From: Heterodontus francisci
Lineage: Eukaryota
Length of the DNA stretch: 64,000 nucleotides
Assembly: GCF_036365525.1 (NCBI RefSeq)
Contig: NC_090412.1
Span: 16,901,923 to 16,965,922, forward strand
Direction of reading: 5' to 3'
A program made the translations under genes and the position numbers. This document shows, in pieces, positions 1-13,066 of the stretch; positions within the stretch are counted from its first letter, which is position 1; every line of letters starts with the position of its first letter. The notes under the pieces are model-generated. The model did no database searches. It worked only from the letters and a program-made list of their open reading frames with translations, and was not told the origin of the DNA.

Positions 1-3000
1 TGAGAGAAGGGGGGGAGAGAAGGGGGGGAGAGAAGGGGGGGAGAGAAGGGGGGGAGAGAAGGGGGGGAGGGGGGATAGAGAGAAGGGGGGGAGGGGGGAT
101 AGAGGGATGGGGGGGAGGGGGTAGAGAGAAGGGGGGGAGGGGGTAGAGAGAAGGGGGGGAGGGGGTAGAGAGAAGTGGGGGAGGGGTAGAGAGAAGGGGG
201 GGAGGGGGGGAGAGAGAAGGGGGGGAGGGGGGAGAGAGAAGGGGGGGAGGGGGGAGAGAGAAGGGGGGGGAGGGGGGAGAGAGAAGGGGGGGAGGGGGGA
301 GAGAGAAGGGGGGGAGGGGGGAGAGAGAAGGGGGGGGAGGGGGGAGAGAGAAGGGGGGGAGGGGGGAGAGAGGAGGGGGGGAGGGGGGAGAGAGGAGGGG
401 GGGAGGGGGGAGAGAGAAGGGGGGGAGGGGGGAGAGAGAAGGGGGGAGGGGGGAGAGAGAAGGGGGGAGGGGGGAGAGAGAAGGGGGGGAGGGGGAGAGA
501 GAAGGGGGGAGGGGGGAGAGAGAAGGGGGGGAGGGGGGAGAGAGAAGGGGGGGAGGGGGGAGAGAGAAGAGGGGGGAGGGGGAGAGAGAAGAGGGGGAGG
601 GGGAGAGAGAAGGGGGGGAGGGGGAGAGAGAAGGGGGTGAGGGGGAGAGAGAAGGGGGGTGAGGGGGAGAGAGAAGGGGGGGAGGGGGAGAGAGAAGGGG
701 GGAGAGAGAAGGGGGGGAGGGGGAGAGAGAAGGGGGGGAGGGGGGAGAGAGAAGGGGGGAGGGGGGAGAGAGAAGGGGGGGAGGGGGGAGAGAGAAGGGG
801 GGGAGGGGGGAGAGAGAAGGGGGGGAGGGGGAGGAGAGAGAAGGGGGGGAGGGGGGAGAGAGAAGGGGGGGAGGGGGAGAGAGAAGGGGGGGAGGGGGGA
901 GAGAGAAGGGGGGGAGGGGGGAGAGAGAAGGGGGGGAGGGGGGAGAGAGAAGGGGGGGAGGGGGGAGAGAGAAGGGGGGGAGGGGGGGAGAGAGAAGGGG
1001 GGGAGGGGGGAGAGAGAAGGGGGGGAGGGGGGAGAGAGAAGGGGGGGAGGGGGGAGAGAGAAGGGGGGGGGGGGGAGGGGGGGGGAGAGAGAAGGGGGGG
1101 AGGGGGGAGAGAGAAGGGGGGGAGGGGGGAGAGAGAAGGGGGGGAGGGGGGAGAGAGAAGGGGGGGAGGGGGGGAGAGAGAAGGGGGGGAGGGGGGAGAG
1201 AGAAGGGGGGGAGGGGGGGAGAGAGAAGGGGGGGAGGGGGGAGAGAGAAGGGGGGGAGGGGGGAGAGAGAAGGGGGGAGGGGGAGAGAGAAGGGGGGGAG
1301 GGGGGAGAGAGAAGGGGGGAGAGAGAAGGGGGGGAGGGGGGAGAGAGAAGGGGGGGAGGGGGAGAGAGAAGGGGGGGAGGGGGGANNNNNNNNNNNNNNN
1401 NNNNNNNNNNNNNNNNNNNNNNNNNNNNNNNNNNNNNNNNNNNNNNNNNNNNNNNNNNNNNNNNNNNNNNNNNNNNNNNNNNNNNNNNNNNNNNNNNNNN
1501 NNNNNNNNNNNNNNNNNNNNNNNNNNNNNNNNNNNNGGGGGAGAGAGGAGGGGGGGGGAGAGTGGATGGGGGGGGAGAGAGGAGGGGGGGAGAGAGGAGG
1601 GGGGGGAGAGAGGAGGGGGGGGAGAGAGGAGGGGGGGGGAGAGAGGAGGGGGGGGAGAGAGGAGGGGGGGGAGAGAGGAGGGGGGGAGAGGGGAGGGGGG
1701 GAGAGGGGAGGGGGGGGAGAGGGGAGGGGGGGGAGAGGGGAGGGGGGGGAGTGGGGAGGGGGGAGAGGGGAGGGGGGAGAGGGGAGGGGGGAGAGGGGAG
1801 GGGGGAGAGGGGAGGGGGGGAGAGGGGAGGAGGGGAGTGGGGAGAGGGGGTGAGGGGGGAGAGAGGGGGGAGGGGGAGTGAAGGGGGAGGGGGGAGAGAA
1901 GGGGGGAGGGGGGAGAGAAGGGGGGGGGGAGAGGGGGGAGGGGGAGAGAAGGGGGGGAGGGGGGAGAGAAGGGGGGAGGGGGGAGAGAAGGGGGGGAGGG
2001 GGAGAGAGAAGGGGGGGAGGGGGGAGAGAGTAGGGGGGAGGGGGAGAGAGTAGGGGGGAGGGGGAGAGAGTAGGGGGGAGGGGGGAGAGTAGGGGGGGAG
2101 GGGGGAGAGAGTAGGGGGGGAGGGGGAGAGAGTAGGGGGGGAGGGGGGAGAGAGTAGGGGGGAGGGGGGAGAGAGTAGGGGGGGAGGGGGAGAGAGTAGG
2201 GGGGGAGGGGGGAGAGAGTAGGGGGGGAGGGGGGAGAGAGTAGGGGGGGAGGGGGGAGAGAGTAGGGGGGGAGGGGGGAGAGAGTAGGGGGGGAGGGGGG
2301 AGAGAGTAGGGGGGGAGGGGGAGAGAGAGTAGGGGGGGAGGGGGAGAGAGTAGGGGGGGAGGGGGGAGAGAGTAGGGGGGGGAGGGGGGAGAGAGTAGGG
2401 GGGGAGGGGGGAGAGAGTAGGGGGGGAGGGGGGAGAGAGTAGGGGGGGAGGGGGGAGAGAGTAGGGGGGGAGGGGGGAGAGAGTAGGGGGGGAGGGGGGA
2501 GAGAGTAGGGGGGGAGGGGGGAGAGAGTAGGGGGGAGGGGGGAGAGAGTAGGGGGGGAGGGGAGAGAAGGGGGGAGGGGGGAGAGAGGGGGAGGGGGGAG
2601 AGAAGGGGGGAGGGGGGAGAGAAGGGGGGAGGGGGGAGAGAAGGGGGGGGAAGGGGGAGAGAAGGGGGGGAGGGGGGAGAGAGTAGGGGGGGAGGGGGGA
2701 GAGAGAAGAGGGGGGAGAGAGAAGAGGGGGGAGAGAGAAGAGGGGGGAGAGAGAAGGGGGGAGGGGGGAGAGAGAAGGGGGAGGGGGGGAGAGAAGGGGG
2801 GGAGGGGGGAGAGAGAAGGGGGGAAGGGGGGAGAGAGAAGGGGGGAAGGGGGAGAGAGAAGGGGGGAAGGGGGGAGAGAGAAGGGGGGGAGGGGGGAGAG
2901 AGAAGGGGGGGAGGGGGGAGAGAGAAGGGGGGGAGGGGGGAGAGAGAAGGGGGGAGGGGGGAGAGAGAAGGGGGGGAGGGGGGAGAGAGAAGGGGGGAGG

Positions 3001-3298
3001 GGGGAGAGAGAAGGGGGGGAGGGGGGAGAGAGAAGGGGGGGAGGGGGGAGAGAGAAGGGGGGAGGGGGGAGAGAGAAGGGGGGGAGGGGGGAGAGAGAAG
3101 GGGGGNNNNNNNNNNNNNNNNNNNNNNNNNNNNNNNNNNNNNNNNNNNNNNNNNNNNNNNNNNNNNNNNNNNNNNNNNNNNNNNNNNNNNNNNNNNNNNN
3201 NNNNNNNNNNNNNNNNNNNNNNNNNNNNNNNNNNNNNNNNNNNNNNNNNNNNNNNNNNNNNNNNNNNNNNNNNNNNNNNNNNGGGGAGAAAGGGGAGG
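1..3298. repeat. Polypurine G-rich minisatellite (~20-21 bp units such as GGGGGGAGGGGGGAGAGAGAA/GAGTA), interrupted by N gaps at 1386-1536 and 3106-3282
   Basis: Almost only G/A on the + strand in tandem units; the sub-array at ~2030-2550 uses the GAGTA variant. Confidence 0.95.
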
Positions 3299-3329
3299 CG
3301 AGTTAAGAAATATAGAGGTGAAGAAAATT

Positions 3330-3620
3330 GCAAGCTGGATTCGAAGATGAGAAAGGGAATTTTTAAGGCAATGGGAGATAATTTATATCAATGAGGACCA
3401 CAGTGATGAGTGAGCAGGATATGGTGTAGGACAGGATGAGTATGGCAAAGTTTTGGACAAGTTGGGAGTTTATGGAGAGTAGAGGATGGTCAGCGAGCAA
3501 GGAAAGCATAGCGTAGTTGAGTCTGCAGGGGACAAAGACATATATAAGGATTTAAGGAGTGGATGGGGAGGTAGAAGAGTGGGAATTCAGATGGTATTAT
3601 ATATGAGAGGACCAGGTGAG
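3330..3620 (-). mobile_element. Degraded L2-type LINE fragment
   Basis: Resembles other L2 copies in the window (gagtgagcaggatatggtg...ggcaaagttttgga). Confidence 0.45.
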
Positions 3621-5232
3621 CCTCATTGCTTCAGTTTATCTAAGTGATTTTTTTGGGTGGGATCATACAGTATTGGATCCCTTTTTCCTGGAAACAGCAA
3701 CTCTTAGCAAAGCTGAAAATGAATGAAGGGCTCCATGTCAATGTATGTGAGAATGTCACTGCTTCCCAACCTCGATAAATCATTGTATATTATTGCTGGA
3801 TAAACTTACATTCTAAGAGTTCAGAATAGCCAATGGTATTGCTGTCTAGTGGCTGAACTGCTCTGATTCAACCCTGCCCTTGATTTCTCTCCTCCATCAG
3901 TACAATAAGCCCAAAAAAACCTTCAAGAAATTAACCTTTCGGCAATAACCATTAATTTCTTAATCCCTCAATCATACCAGTTCCTCTTTTCCTTTTCTGT
4001 ATGCCTACTCATACTGAGCAAACGTTTCACAGGTGCCAGCACTTCCAGTAATGCTAGTTTCACGTTAGACCAGAATATCATACAGCTTCAGCATTAAACT
4101 AAGTGAGTGATCATTATTCTCAATGAGCAACACTACATCTGTAGCAAGCAACATGACACAAGACTTCAACATGCTAAATATAAATGGAAAGAGTTATTCA
4201 ACCTGTAAAATGAACACTGGCCTGGAAAATACAAGCATAAACATGGTTAACATTAAGTGAAGCTAAATATAACATTATTTTCACTTTGGCTCCCATAAAA
4301 AAAAGGGGTTGTTAAGTGGACGATTCTGGCTAACTGCAGTTAAAACATTAAACTCATTTTACAAGAAGGTAGACCTGTCTGGTCTTGAGAGGATCTAGTT
4401 GCAATTCATGGCATACAATACTATGGCTGTGTATTGAGACAGTAGGAATGACCATCCATGGAACTAAAATCTATAAATGTTAAACCAAGATCCTAGAATT
4501 TTCTCTGATGTTCAGAGTTCTTTCATCGAATGATTTCTTGTCAGCTGACTTGGCCCTATATTCTGGAACAGTCTCCTAAAACCACTGTGTGACATCTCTT
4601 CCCATCTTCAAAAGCCTTCTCTAAACCTAATCCTTTATCCATCCTTCAGTCAGCTCCCCTCTCTGATGTAGTTTAGGATATTTTTACTATGTTGAAAATA
4701 CTATATATATACACAAGTTGTTGCAGCTGAGGTTATTGTTAGCCTCAATGGGAAGACTGCCATTATTTCAATCTTTTATTACTGGTTAATCACGAATTAC
4801 TAACAAACAGCATTCCTGTACAAAGAATCCAGTTCTTAAATAACTGCTTTCCACAAAATTAAAAACATTTAAATATTCAGAATTCCACTGCACAATCTCT
4901 CAGATGCAGTTAATTGCAATGAAAGTTGATTTGAAGAGTTGACCTTTATTTCATTACCTTCCACTTGCTGCAGTCTGCCAAGGCTGTTGAAGTAACAGAT
5001 GCCATTCCACATACACTACACATTAATTTGCTAACTGACAAAATATTTAACATGGGCAAAAATAAAATTAGTTGACAGAAGACAAACAGCTGAATTTATT
5101 CACAGAAAGCACAGGATGTAACAGAATGGCTGTTGAATCAGGGTTACTAAAGACTTGAAATTATCCCTCACAATTCCCCCTCCATTACCTTAACAGACAA
5201 AAGCAAAATATAGAAGCATCAGAAACAAAGTA

Positions 5233-5238
5233 TTTATT
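5233..5238 (-). terminator. ECHS1: Candidate ECHS1 polyadenylation signal (AATAAA)
   Basis: tttatt on +, ~125 nt after the stop; alternatives at 5095 and 4945. Confidence 0.5.
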
Positions 5239-5360
5239 TGAAACCAGGACACTTGTTATTGTATATTATTCTGCATTAGTTGCAAAATTTCAATCCTGAT
5301 CGATTTGACTTCCAGCTTTCTAATTCTGTTCCCATTGGGATTCAGAACTTGTTAAGGCAT

Positions 5361-5426
5361 TCATTGGTCAGTGAAATTAGCCTTCCTCTTTTCAACAAAT
5401 GCGTTCATGCCTTCTTTCCGGTCGTT
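5361..5426 (-). CDS. ECHS1: ECHS1 exon 8 (last; NDRKEGMNAFVEKRKANFTDQ*)
   Basis: tttcag acceptor; matches the ECHS1 C-terminus; TGA at 5361-5363. Confidence 0.95.
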   Translation of the reverse strand, partial: NDRKEGMNAFVEKRKANFTDQ

Positions 5427-5511
5427 CTGAAACACAAGCGTTACATGGCACAATTGGAAAGTCTGGGCAGATGAGAATGAAATTCATTTTAACTGAACGT
5501 AGGCTACTTAC

Positions 5512-5579
5512 AGTGGAAAAGGTCGAGTGAAACAAACGCTTCTCCAATCTGTTTCCTTCTGCCAATGTCAATTCAAAAG
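5512..5579 (-). CDS. ECHS1: ECHS1 exon 7 (AFELTLAEGNRLEKRLFHSTFST)
   Basis: AG/GTAAGT boundaries, 68 nt, frame continuous. Confidence 0.95.
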
Positions 5580-6656
5580 CTGGAATACAGTACAGAACTG
5601 TTGAGCAGCCACAGTGGATCAAAGCTATTAAACACTGGGTTATTTTAAGAGCCACAATTCTTGCAAGTGTTACTTTTAATTTGCCAGCGACAAAAATAGA
5701 TTTGGTACATATTTATAAAACATTTGCAATAAATCTCAATATTAAATAACACCCTCAAAAAGTTAAACATAGACATTGTCATTCATTAACAGAGAAAGTC
5801 GATTAAGAAATCACTTGAATATAAGTCCTCCCCACTTCATAGAATTATTGCAAACCCAATTATGCATTAATATCACTGATCTCCATCACTTTTTATAGGG
5901 GTTATAATGGAGACTTTTTTGGTGATATTCTTTATTTCAGTCCTATTCATGCTTCTCACCCTCCAACGCAAAATGAATGGGTTACAGCAATGGACCTAAA
6001 TGAAATGACTCGTCCAAGGGTCAACTTTTAAGTTTCATATCAGTTTTATAGGACCTTATGCACTAGTGAATTGCAGATCTCCCAGGGTAAAACCAAGGGA
6101 AGAGCACGGAGTGAATTTACTCCCTGCTTCATCGCACAGGCTATCCGGTTGAGTCTGTTAAGCTTAAAATGCACATCGGCACAAAGATAAGTGAGGTAGG
6201 TAGTGATGTGCATCTCACTGGTGTAGTAGCAAAATGTAAACAAGTCATCAAAATTATTTGGTGACAAAGGTGATAAATTGAAAAAAAGAAATTTTAAAGT
6301 TAGTTAAAAATTAAGATTTTGAAATAATCTGGAAGGGAAACCAAAGAGTTACTTAACCAGTAAAACACTCTGCATAACTAATTTGACAACTCCTGCCAAT
6401 CCTGGAACTACACTAACAATCCTTTCCAAAATAAATAAATAGATTTGGCCTCTAATTACATTTATAAAACATTTGCAATAAATCTAAATATTAAAATCAA
6501 CCCTCCTAATTACACATAAACACTATAATCCATTGCAGGAAGTAAAACATTTACAGCGTGACGTCGCCAACATCTGGTAAAACTAACCTCAGGCCTCATC
6601 TTTAAAACAGATTCCTAATAGGAACAGAGTTGAGGTTAAAGGATTAATCTGCTTAC

Positions 6657-6776
6657 CACCATTGACTGCCTCCTTCGCCATTGCTGTAATAAGCTTAGAG
6701 TTCCCTGCTATTTTCTCTCCACATTTTATGGTCTCTTCCACCAATTGAGCTACTGGATATATTTTACTTATGAGCC
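6657..6776 (-). CDS. ECHS1: ECHS1 exon 6 ([40 protein letters not shown])
   Basis: AG/GTAAGC boundaries, 120 nt. Confidence 0.95.
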
Positions 6777-7249
6777 CTTTGGAAACAAAAGTCATCAGCC
6801 CTTTATTATTATCCAAGAAACCCTCCTCAGAGTTGTTATGCAAACTGGAAAATACATGTATCAATTCAAAAGTTGTGTATTTTGTCTCAATAATAGTAAA
6901 TACAGGTTGTACTATTTTGTCCAGCAAATCACATGTTCTAATGGTTCACATTAACTTTACTTACTTACCTAGAGTACTTAAGTTTTCCAACAGCCAAAAT
7001 GCCACTTCATCAGAGAATACAACAGTACAGCTCTACAATTGAAATATTTATGCCAGGAATATTCAGATAGCATGAAAGAAAATGTGGGTCTTTTGATAGC
7101 TATCACAAGGCCTCTGTTTTTCTCTATGTTTGAAATCTATTATAAAGCAATATCTTGAAGCAGAAGCGTTCCTGTGGTTGGCAAAGGATCAATTCCAGTA
7201 CTCGTTGAATCCTATCTATTCATTTCCTGATGCACGGTTTTATGTAAGA

Positions 7250-7640
7250 AAGAACTTGCACTTATGTTGAGTAGGCTTTTCACATCTCCGGAATATTCCA
7301 AAGCACTTCAGAGGCTGTGGTTACTCTTCTCAAAATGTAGTCACTTATGTCGGCAAATATGGCAGCCAATTTACACATCGCAAGGTCCCACACACATCAA
7401 CTGAATGAGCAGATAATCAGTTTCTGCTGGCGTTAGCTGAGGAATGAACTTTGGCCAGGACGTTGTGGGATCTTTTATATCCACCCAAGCAGGCAGACAG
7501 GGCCTTATTTTTAACGTCTCCCTCAGCATTGCACGAGGGGTATCAAATCTAGATTATGTACTCAAGTCATGGAGTGGGGCTGAACCCACAAACTTCTGAC
7601 TAAAAGAGGCATGAGTGTTACTAACCGAGCCAAGCTAACA
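7250..7640 (-). mobile_element. tRNA-derived SINE, DeuSINE/SacSINE1-like
   Basis: Shares gggatcttttatatccacc core and gaacttgcacttat tail with copies at 36610, 38565 and 51100. Confidence 0.55.
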
Positions 7641-7749
7641 TTTAATGTAGCATCACTTTTCCAGATACCATGATGTTGGAGGAAGGGAGAATGGAAGAGA
7701 ATGTGAAAGCAAGAAAATGCAACAATCCAACAAGTGCTAAAGATCATAC

Positions 7750-7854
7750 CTGCTGCCTTGGCTTCCTGCGCTGAAATCCGGTCACCAGTGAGGACCATTT
7801 CCATCGCCAGTGACTTCCCTACTGCTTTAGTTAACCGCTGTGTTCCACCAGCAC
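7750..7854 (-). CDS. ECHS1: ECHS1 exon 5 ([36 protein letters not shown])
   Basis: Crotonase PGAGGTQRL motif, AG/GT boundaries, 105 nt. Confidence 0.97.
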
Positions 7855-7919
7855 CTGACCCAGAGAAAAGACACCGAAGCTTTACCATCACCTTCCCACT
7901 AATGTTTTAATTGTCAAGT

Positions 7920-8845
7920 GCAACTTGTATTTATATAGCGCCTTTAATTTAATAAAATGCCCCAAGGCACTACACATGAGCGCAATCAAGCAAAATTTGA
8001 CACTGAGTCACTTAAGGAGATATTAGGGCAGATGACCAAAAGCTTGGTCAAGGAGGTAGGTTTTAAGGAGCATCTTAAAGGAGGAGAGAGAGAGGTGGAG
8101 AGATTTAGGGAGGGAATTCCAGAGCTTACAGCCTAGACAACTGAAGGCACGGCTGCCAATGGTGGAGTGATTAAAATTGACATACTCAAGAGGCACAGTG
8201 TGTCTTGTTGTGAAAGGATGATTCTGGAGCCTAAATTTACTGAGTTTCACATTTATTGTGCACAGTAAAAGGATTACAAACATGTAGCTCCTCACTCAAA
8301 AAATCTCCACTAGTCTCAGTAAGTGTCTGCTTATAAGTGCTCAAGTAAGACCCCAATTAACACCCTCCATGGGGCGGCCCAGTGGTTAGCACTGCAGCCT
8401 CACAGCTCCAGGGACCCGGGTTCGATTCTGAGTACTGCCTGTGTGGAGTTTGCAAGTTCTCCCTGTGACCGTGTGGGTTTTCGCCGGGTGCTCCGGTTTC
8501 CTCCCACAGCCAAAGACTTGCAGGTGATAGGTAAATTGGCCATTGTAAATTGCCCATAGTGCAGGTAGGCGGTAGGGAATATGGGATTACTGTAGGGTTA
8601 GTATAAATGGGTGGTTGTTGGTCGGCACAGACTCGGTGGGCCGAAGGGCCTGTTTCAGTGCTGTATCTCTAAATAAAAAAATAAACAAAAGGCCAGAATT
8701 AGAGGAGTGCAGATATCTCAGAGGGTTGTGGGGCTGGAGGAAATTACACAGATAGGGAGGGCGAAGCCATGGAGGTATTTGAAAACAAGGATGAGAATTT
8801 TAAAATTCAGGCGTTGCTACACTTGGAGCCAATGTAGGTCAGCAA
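7920..8845 (-). mobile_element. L2-type LINE 3' fragment, interrupted at ~8195-8685 by a composite insertion
   Basis: Minus-strand GSRAFSCLGCKLWNSLPKSL...FKMLLKTYLLDQAF is typical of the L2 ORF2 C-terminus; sequence resumes at 8686. Confidence 0.75.
8371..8685 (+). mobile_element. HE1-like V-SINE (tRNA head, CR1-type tail)
   Basis: A box (cagtggttagc), B box (ggttcgattc), V-domain (gggtgctccggtttcctcccac), A-rich tail; four copies in window. Confidence 0.9.
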
Positions 8846-9659
8846 CTAAACTAAATAGCTCTTTCCTGAGCACAACCGATACCAGACACGACAAAATAGA
8901 ACTACACAGCGGTTTCCTGATCACCCTTTCCAATCCACAAACATTTGAAACTGGGCCATTTCAAATATTATTGTTTTCAAACTGCTGAATGATGTGTGAT
9001 TTAAGCCTCATGATGGTATTGAAATACCAGTTAAGATCAATTCGCTCCGCCACAATGGACAAATAGTTTTAGGGAATCTTCACTGTAACTGACCCCATTG
9101 AGTGTCACGATAATGGTGCAAGTTCATTACGTACTATGCATAGAAATGCAAAGGATCAGAGGAGCCAAGTAAACCTGTTATGCGGAAATCATTTCATGAG
9201 ATACTCAGAGATGGCGAAATAAGTACTAAAGTGTTTAGTTTAAATGCTTTTGAGACATCAATGCTAATCAGAACAACAGGACTTTTATTTGTGCAATAGA
9301 TGCATTAAGAGTGACAAATTCAGAGATCCTGCACCATCAGCGGGAGCTGTGCTTATGGGAAGCTTGTGTTGGCTAACTTACATTACTGTTGCTCTATCTA
9401 CTCAGAGCTTGGCTTTTCCCTTCATCTTACATATGTAGAGAGATAAAACCCCACAGCAAGGAATAGTTACTTTGTAATATGGACTTTAAAAATGTGGAGT
9501 CACAAATGCTGATGATGCAATGTGTAAATGATGGAAGCTAAGGATACGTTTCACATGACACAATTAATCCAGTTACATTTTCCACTGAACCACAGCTTGA
9601 ATAACCTGCATGTTGCAGAGTTTTTAATCAATGCATATTTTGTATAATGAGGGGAAGAA

Positions 9660-9880
9660 ATATTTAGGCAGCGAGTTATGAACTGGAATGCACTGCCTGA
9701 GAGGGTGGTGGAAGCAAATTCAATAGTAACTTTCAAAAAAGAACTAGATAAATACTTGTAAAAGGAAGCAGTTACAGGGCTATAGGCAAAGAGTAAGGGA
9801 GTGGGACTAATTGGATTGCTCTTTCAAAAGAGGCATGATGGGCTGAAAGGCCTCCTTCTCTGGGGTATCATTCTATGATC
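9660..9880 (+). mobile_element. CR1 LINE 3' fragment
   Basis: tggaatgcactgcctgagagggtggtggaagca...gatgggctgaaaggcctcct. Confidence 0.7.
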
Positions 9881-10618
9881 TGGATGCGAACTCTGAATGA
9901 CAGAGCCAGAGAGAGGGTAACATCCTCAATACTCAGTATCGGCTGCTCTCTCAGATTTCAGAACACGATTATATCCTCCCAGCAGGTGATGTTAAACTCC
10001 AGAAAGCTTGTTGTGGAAGGATGATTCTGGAGCCTAAATTTACTGAGTTTCACATTTATTGTGCACAGTAAAAGGATTACAAACATGTAGCTCCTCACTC
10101 AAAAAATCTCCACTAGTCTCAGTAAGTGTCTGCTTATAAGTGCTCAAGTAAGACCCCAATTAACACCCTCCACCAGCATATAATGAAACAATTGATACAC
10201 AATTATCAACAGCTGATAGGCAAGTCACAGAAAATGTCTGCCTGCAACTTTTCAACAGTAACATACACAATCAAAACACACAAGCAGTCACCTCCATAAG
10301 CTTCACAGCAGATATTCAGCAGGGTTTTAATATTAATATAGTTTTTAAAAGTTTGACATTTAATTACAGAAGTGTTTTGTCCAAAACTACTATTGTTGGG
10401 CAGACTTGTAGTACTCAGTGGTGAACAACCCACGTTCCCACTACACAGTACGTGATTGGTGCCAAGATTGCTGTGAGTTCATGAATGATGCCAATACACC
10501 CTACACAAAACTTCAAACTGACAGGTAGCAGCAAATACATGAATTCACAGGGCAGGCTCCCAGTGTACAGTACTGTAACCCAACAGTAGAGATTTAGAGC
10601 TTTACCATTTACCTATTA

Positions 10619-10741
<123 letters not shown>

Positions 10742-12402
10742 CTACAGAACAGAAAGGTTCAAGTCATGGTGCTACATTCACTAAACTTCCCAGCATCTAA
10801 GCACACATCAGCACACATTTTAATTTGGTACCATCAATTTTCAGAGCAATTTATTACCTCACTTAGACATAACCAGAAGCTACAATCAAAGCTCAAAATT
10901 AGTTACAAACTCTTCATATCTATATTCAGGCGATATATAAGATGATCACTTTTTTCCTCCAATCTGCTTGGTAAAAATCATCACACCATGGCTAAGAATG
11001 TTTGCAATTTCTAGATGAGCAACACAATTATTTAGCATCAGTGGAGAAACTGCATCAAATCCAAAAAGACCCTCAAATTAACCTACATGTCACTAGTGGG
11101 CAAAGGCCACTTTCTGCTATTATAGCAGAGGCACTGAAGCACTAAGATAGTGGGGAGAGGAATTTTTGGAAGAATGTGTTAAGCATTGGTCAGCTAATGA
11201 CCCACAACTGAATTTCACAGCCAAAGGATTCAGGTGGAACAGCAGCACACACAGTGGCTAGAGTGGGATATGCAGTTCAACTGGACCGGTGGGTGGGGAG
11301 GAAAGGGTGCTGAATTTAAACATGTTACTACTCCGATACAGCAGCACAACCACTTACGTTTACCTGATACACGTGTTACTGGTCAAACCACCCGGTGGAG
11401 TGTTGGTACAGTATTTATTCCAATTCCAAGGTAGGTGTTAGCAACAGTTCTTTGTTGCTAATGAGCTGGGCATTCCTCAGTCAAGGAATAGAGTGTTCAT
11501 TCCATAATTTGCTACTCAATATGACAGCCATAAATGAAGAGTTTCAACTCCCTCATTTTGGTCAGTACAGTATCAGCGTGTGGCTGTTACACTAACTGAT
11601 GACCTTGTAACAGGTGGAGGTGGTGGTATAGGCACAGACTGCAATATACCCGTCTCATGTCTGATAGTAGTTCTTGTGGCAAGTTTTGTTCTCCTAATTA
11701 TCTCCTCTTCCTCTCCTGAAGGTGCTGGCTTTTGCAGGCATACTGTTTCCCAGGTGCCCATCACCCTTTGGCAACTCATTTAAATGTCCATTCTTCATGT
11801 CTTAAGTCCAGACAGTGAATGTTGGCAGGATAATCAACCTTAGGGGCCATCACAGTCGAGCCCAATCCCGTCCTCACCCGACGGCCAAACACAGTTTTCA
11901 GCAGGTGTCAATGGTGCATGAGTGAGTGTGGGTACCCTGGACTGATGCTGCCCAGACGTGCTCAGGAACATTGAGAGCAAGTGCAGGCGTCTCTGCTACA
12001 ATCTCAGCTGAGGTTAGCTTTCTCAATGAATTGAACACAGGAACTTCGTGTCTGGATGGCTTTATTATAAGCTGCCTTTATCATTGAGAGTGTTCTCTGG
12101 AGTCAACAAAATAGCAGTCTAAGCAGCAGCCTGCTCCCTTCAACTAGCTAGACTTCCCACCCTCCGGAATATGACCCATTCAAGACTGGTGAAACTTGCC
12201 CCCTCAAGAGGGGCATTTTATCTTTAATGGTAATCAAAACTGGGATCTACATTTGAGTCTCCCAGTGAGAAATGAGATAACCTAGCCTGAGCCACATCAC
12301 ACTGTATTCCTGCCCACCTCACATGATGTCTGAACAGACTTCGAGATGAATACACATTCAACAAGCTCAAAGCATCAACTTTCAACCCTCAGCACTACCT
12401 AC

Positions 12403-12530
12403 AGCGTAGCCATTCACAGCAGCAATCACAGGCTTTTTAACTGTGGCAACGCGGTTCCAATGGGAAAGGAAGTTTCCAGCATAGCACTCCTGGAAAGTTT
12501 TCTTCTCCATCTCCTTGATATCAGCACCAG
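12403..12530 (-). CDS. ECHS1: ECHS1 exon 3 ([43 protein letters not shown])
   Basis: ttttgttag acceptor, GTAGGT donor, 128 nt. Confidence 0.97.
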
Positions 12531-12584
12531 CTAACAAAAGATCAAATAAAACAGGAATTAAAGTTACAAATGCAAATTACAATA

Positions 12585-13066
12585 ACAACTTGCATTTATA
12601 TAGCACCTTTAACATAGCAAAATGACCCAAGGCACTTCACAGGAGCATAAATCAGACAAAAACTGACATCAAGGCAAAGGAAGAGACATTAGGGCAAATG
12701 ATCAAAGAGGTAGGTTTTAAACAACACCTTAAGATAGAGAGATAGAGACGAAAAGGTTTAGGGAGGGAATTCCACAACTTAAAGCCTAGACTGCTGAAGG
12801 CACAGCCACCTTAGCTGGGTCAAAGAAAGTGGAGAATACACAAGAGTTGAAAGATCAAAAAGATCTCGGAGGGTTAGAGAGCTCAAGGAGGTTACAGAAA
12901 GAGAGAGGAACAAGGACATGAAAGGATTTGAACACAAGGATGAGAATTTTAAAATCGGGGCACTGGAGGACCAAAAGCCAATGTTGATCAGCGAGCACAG
13001 GGGTGATGGGTGAATGGGACTTGGCGCGAGTCAGGATAGAGGCAGTAGAGTTTTGGATGAGTTCAA
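12585..13066 (-). mobile_element. L2-type LINE 3' fragment
   Basis: LELIQNSTASILTRAKSHSPITPVLADQHWL motif; tail acaacttgcatttatatagc. Confidence 0.8.

Noticed and set aside
637-2053. Long G/E/R-rich ORFs (414, 464 and 95 aa)
   Set aside because: Translation of a purine satellite that rarely contains stops; two of them span an N gap
8371-8440. tRNA-like A/B boxes as tRNA genes (also 32730, 52291, 56464)
   Set aside because: They are SINE heads continuing into the V-domain and tail
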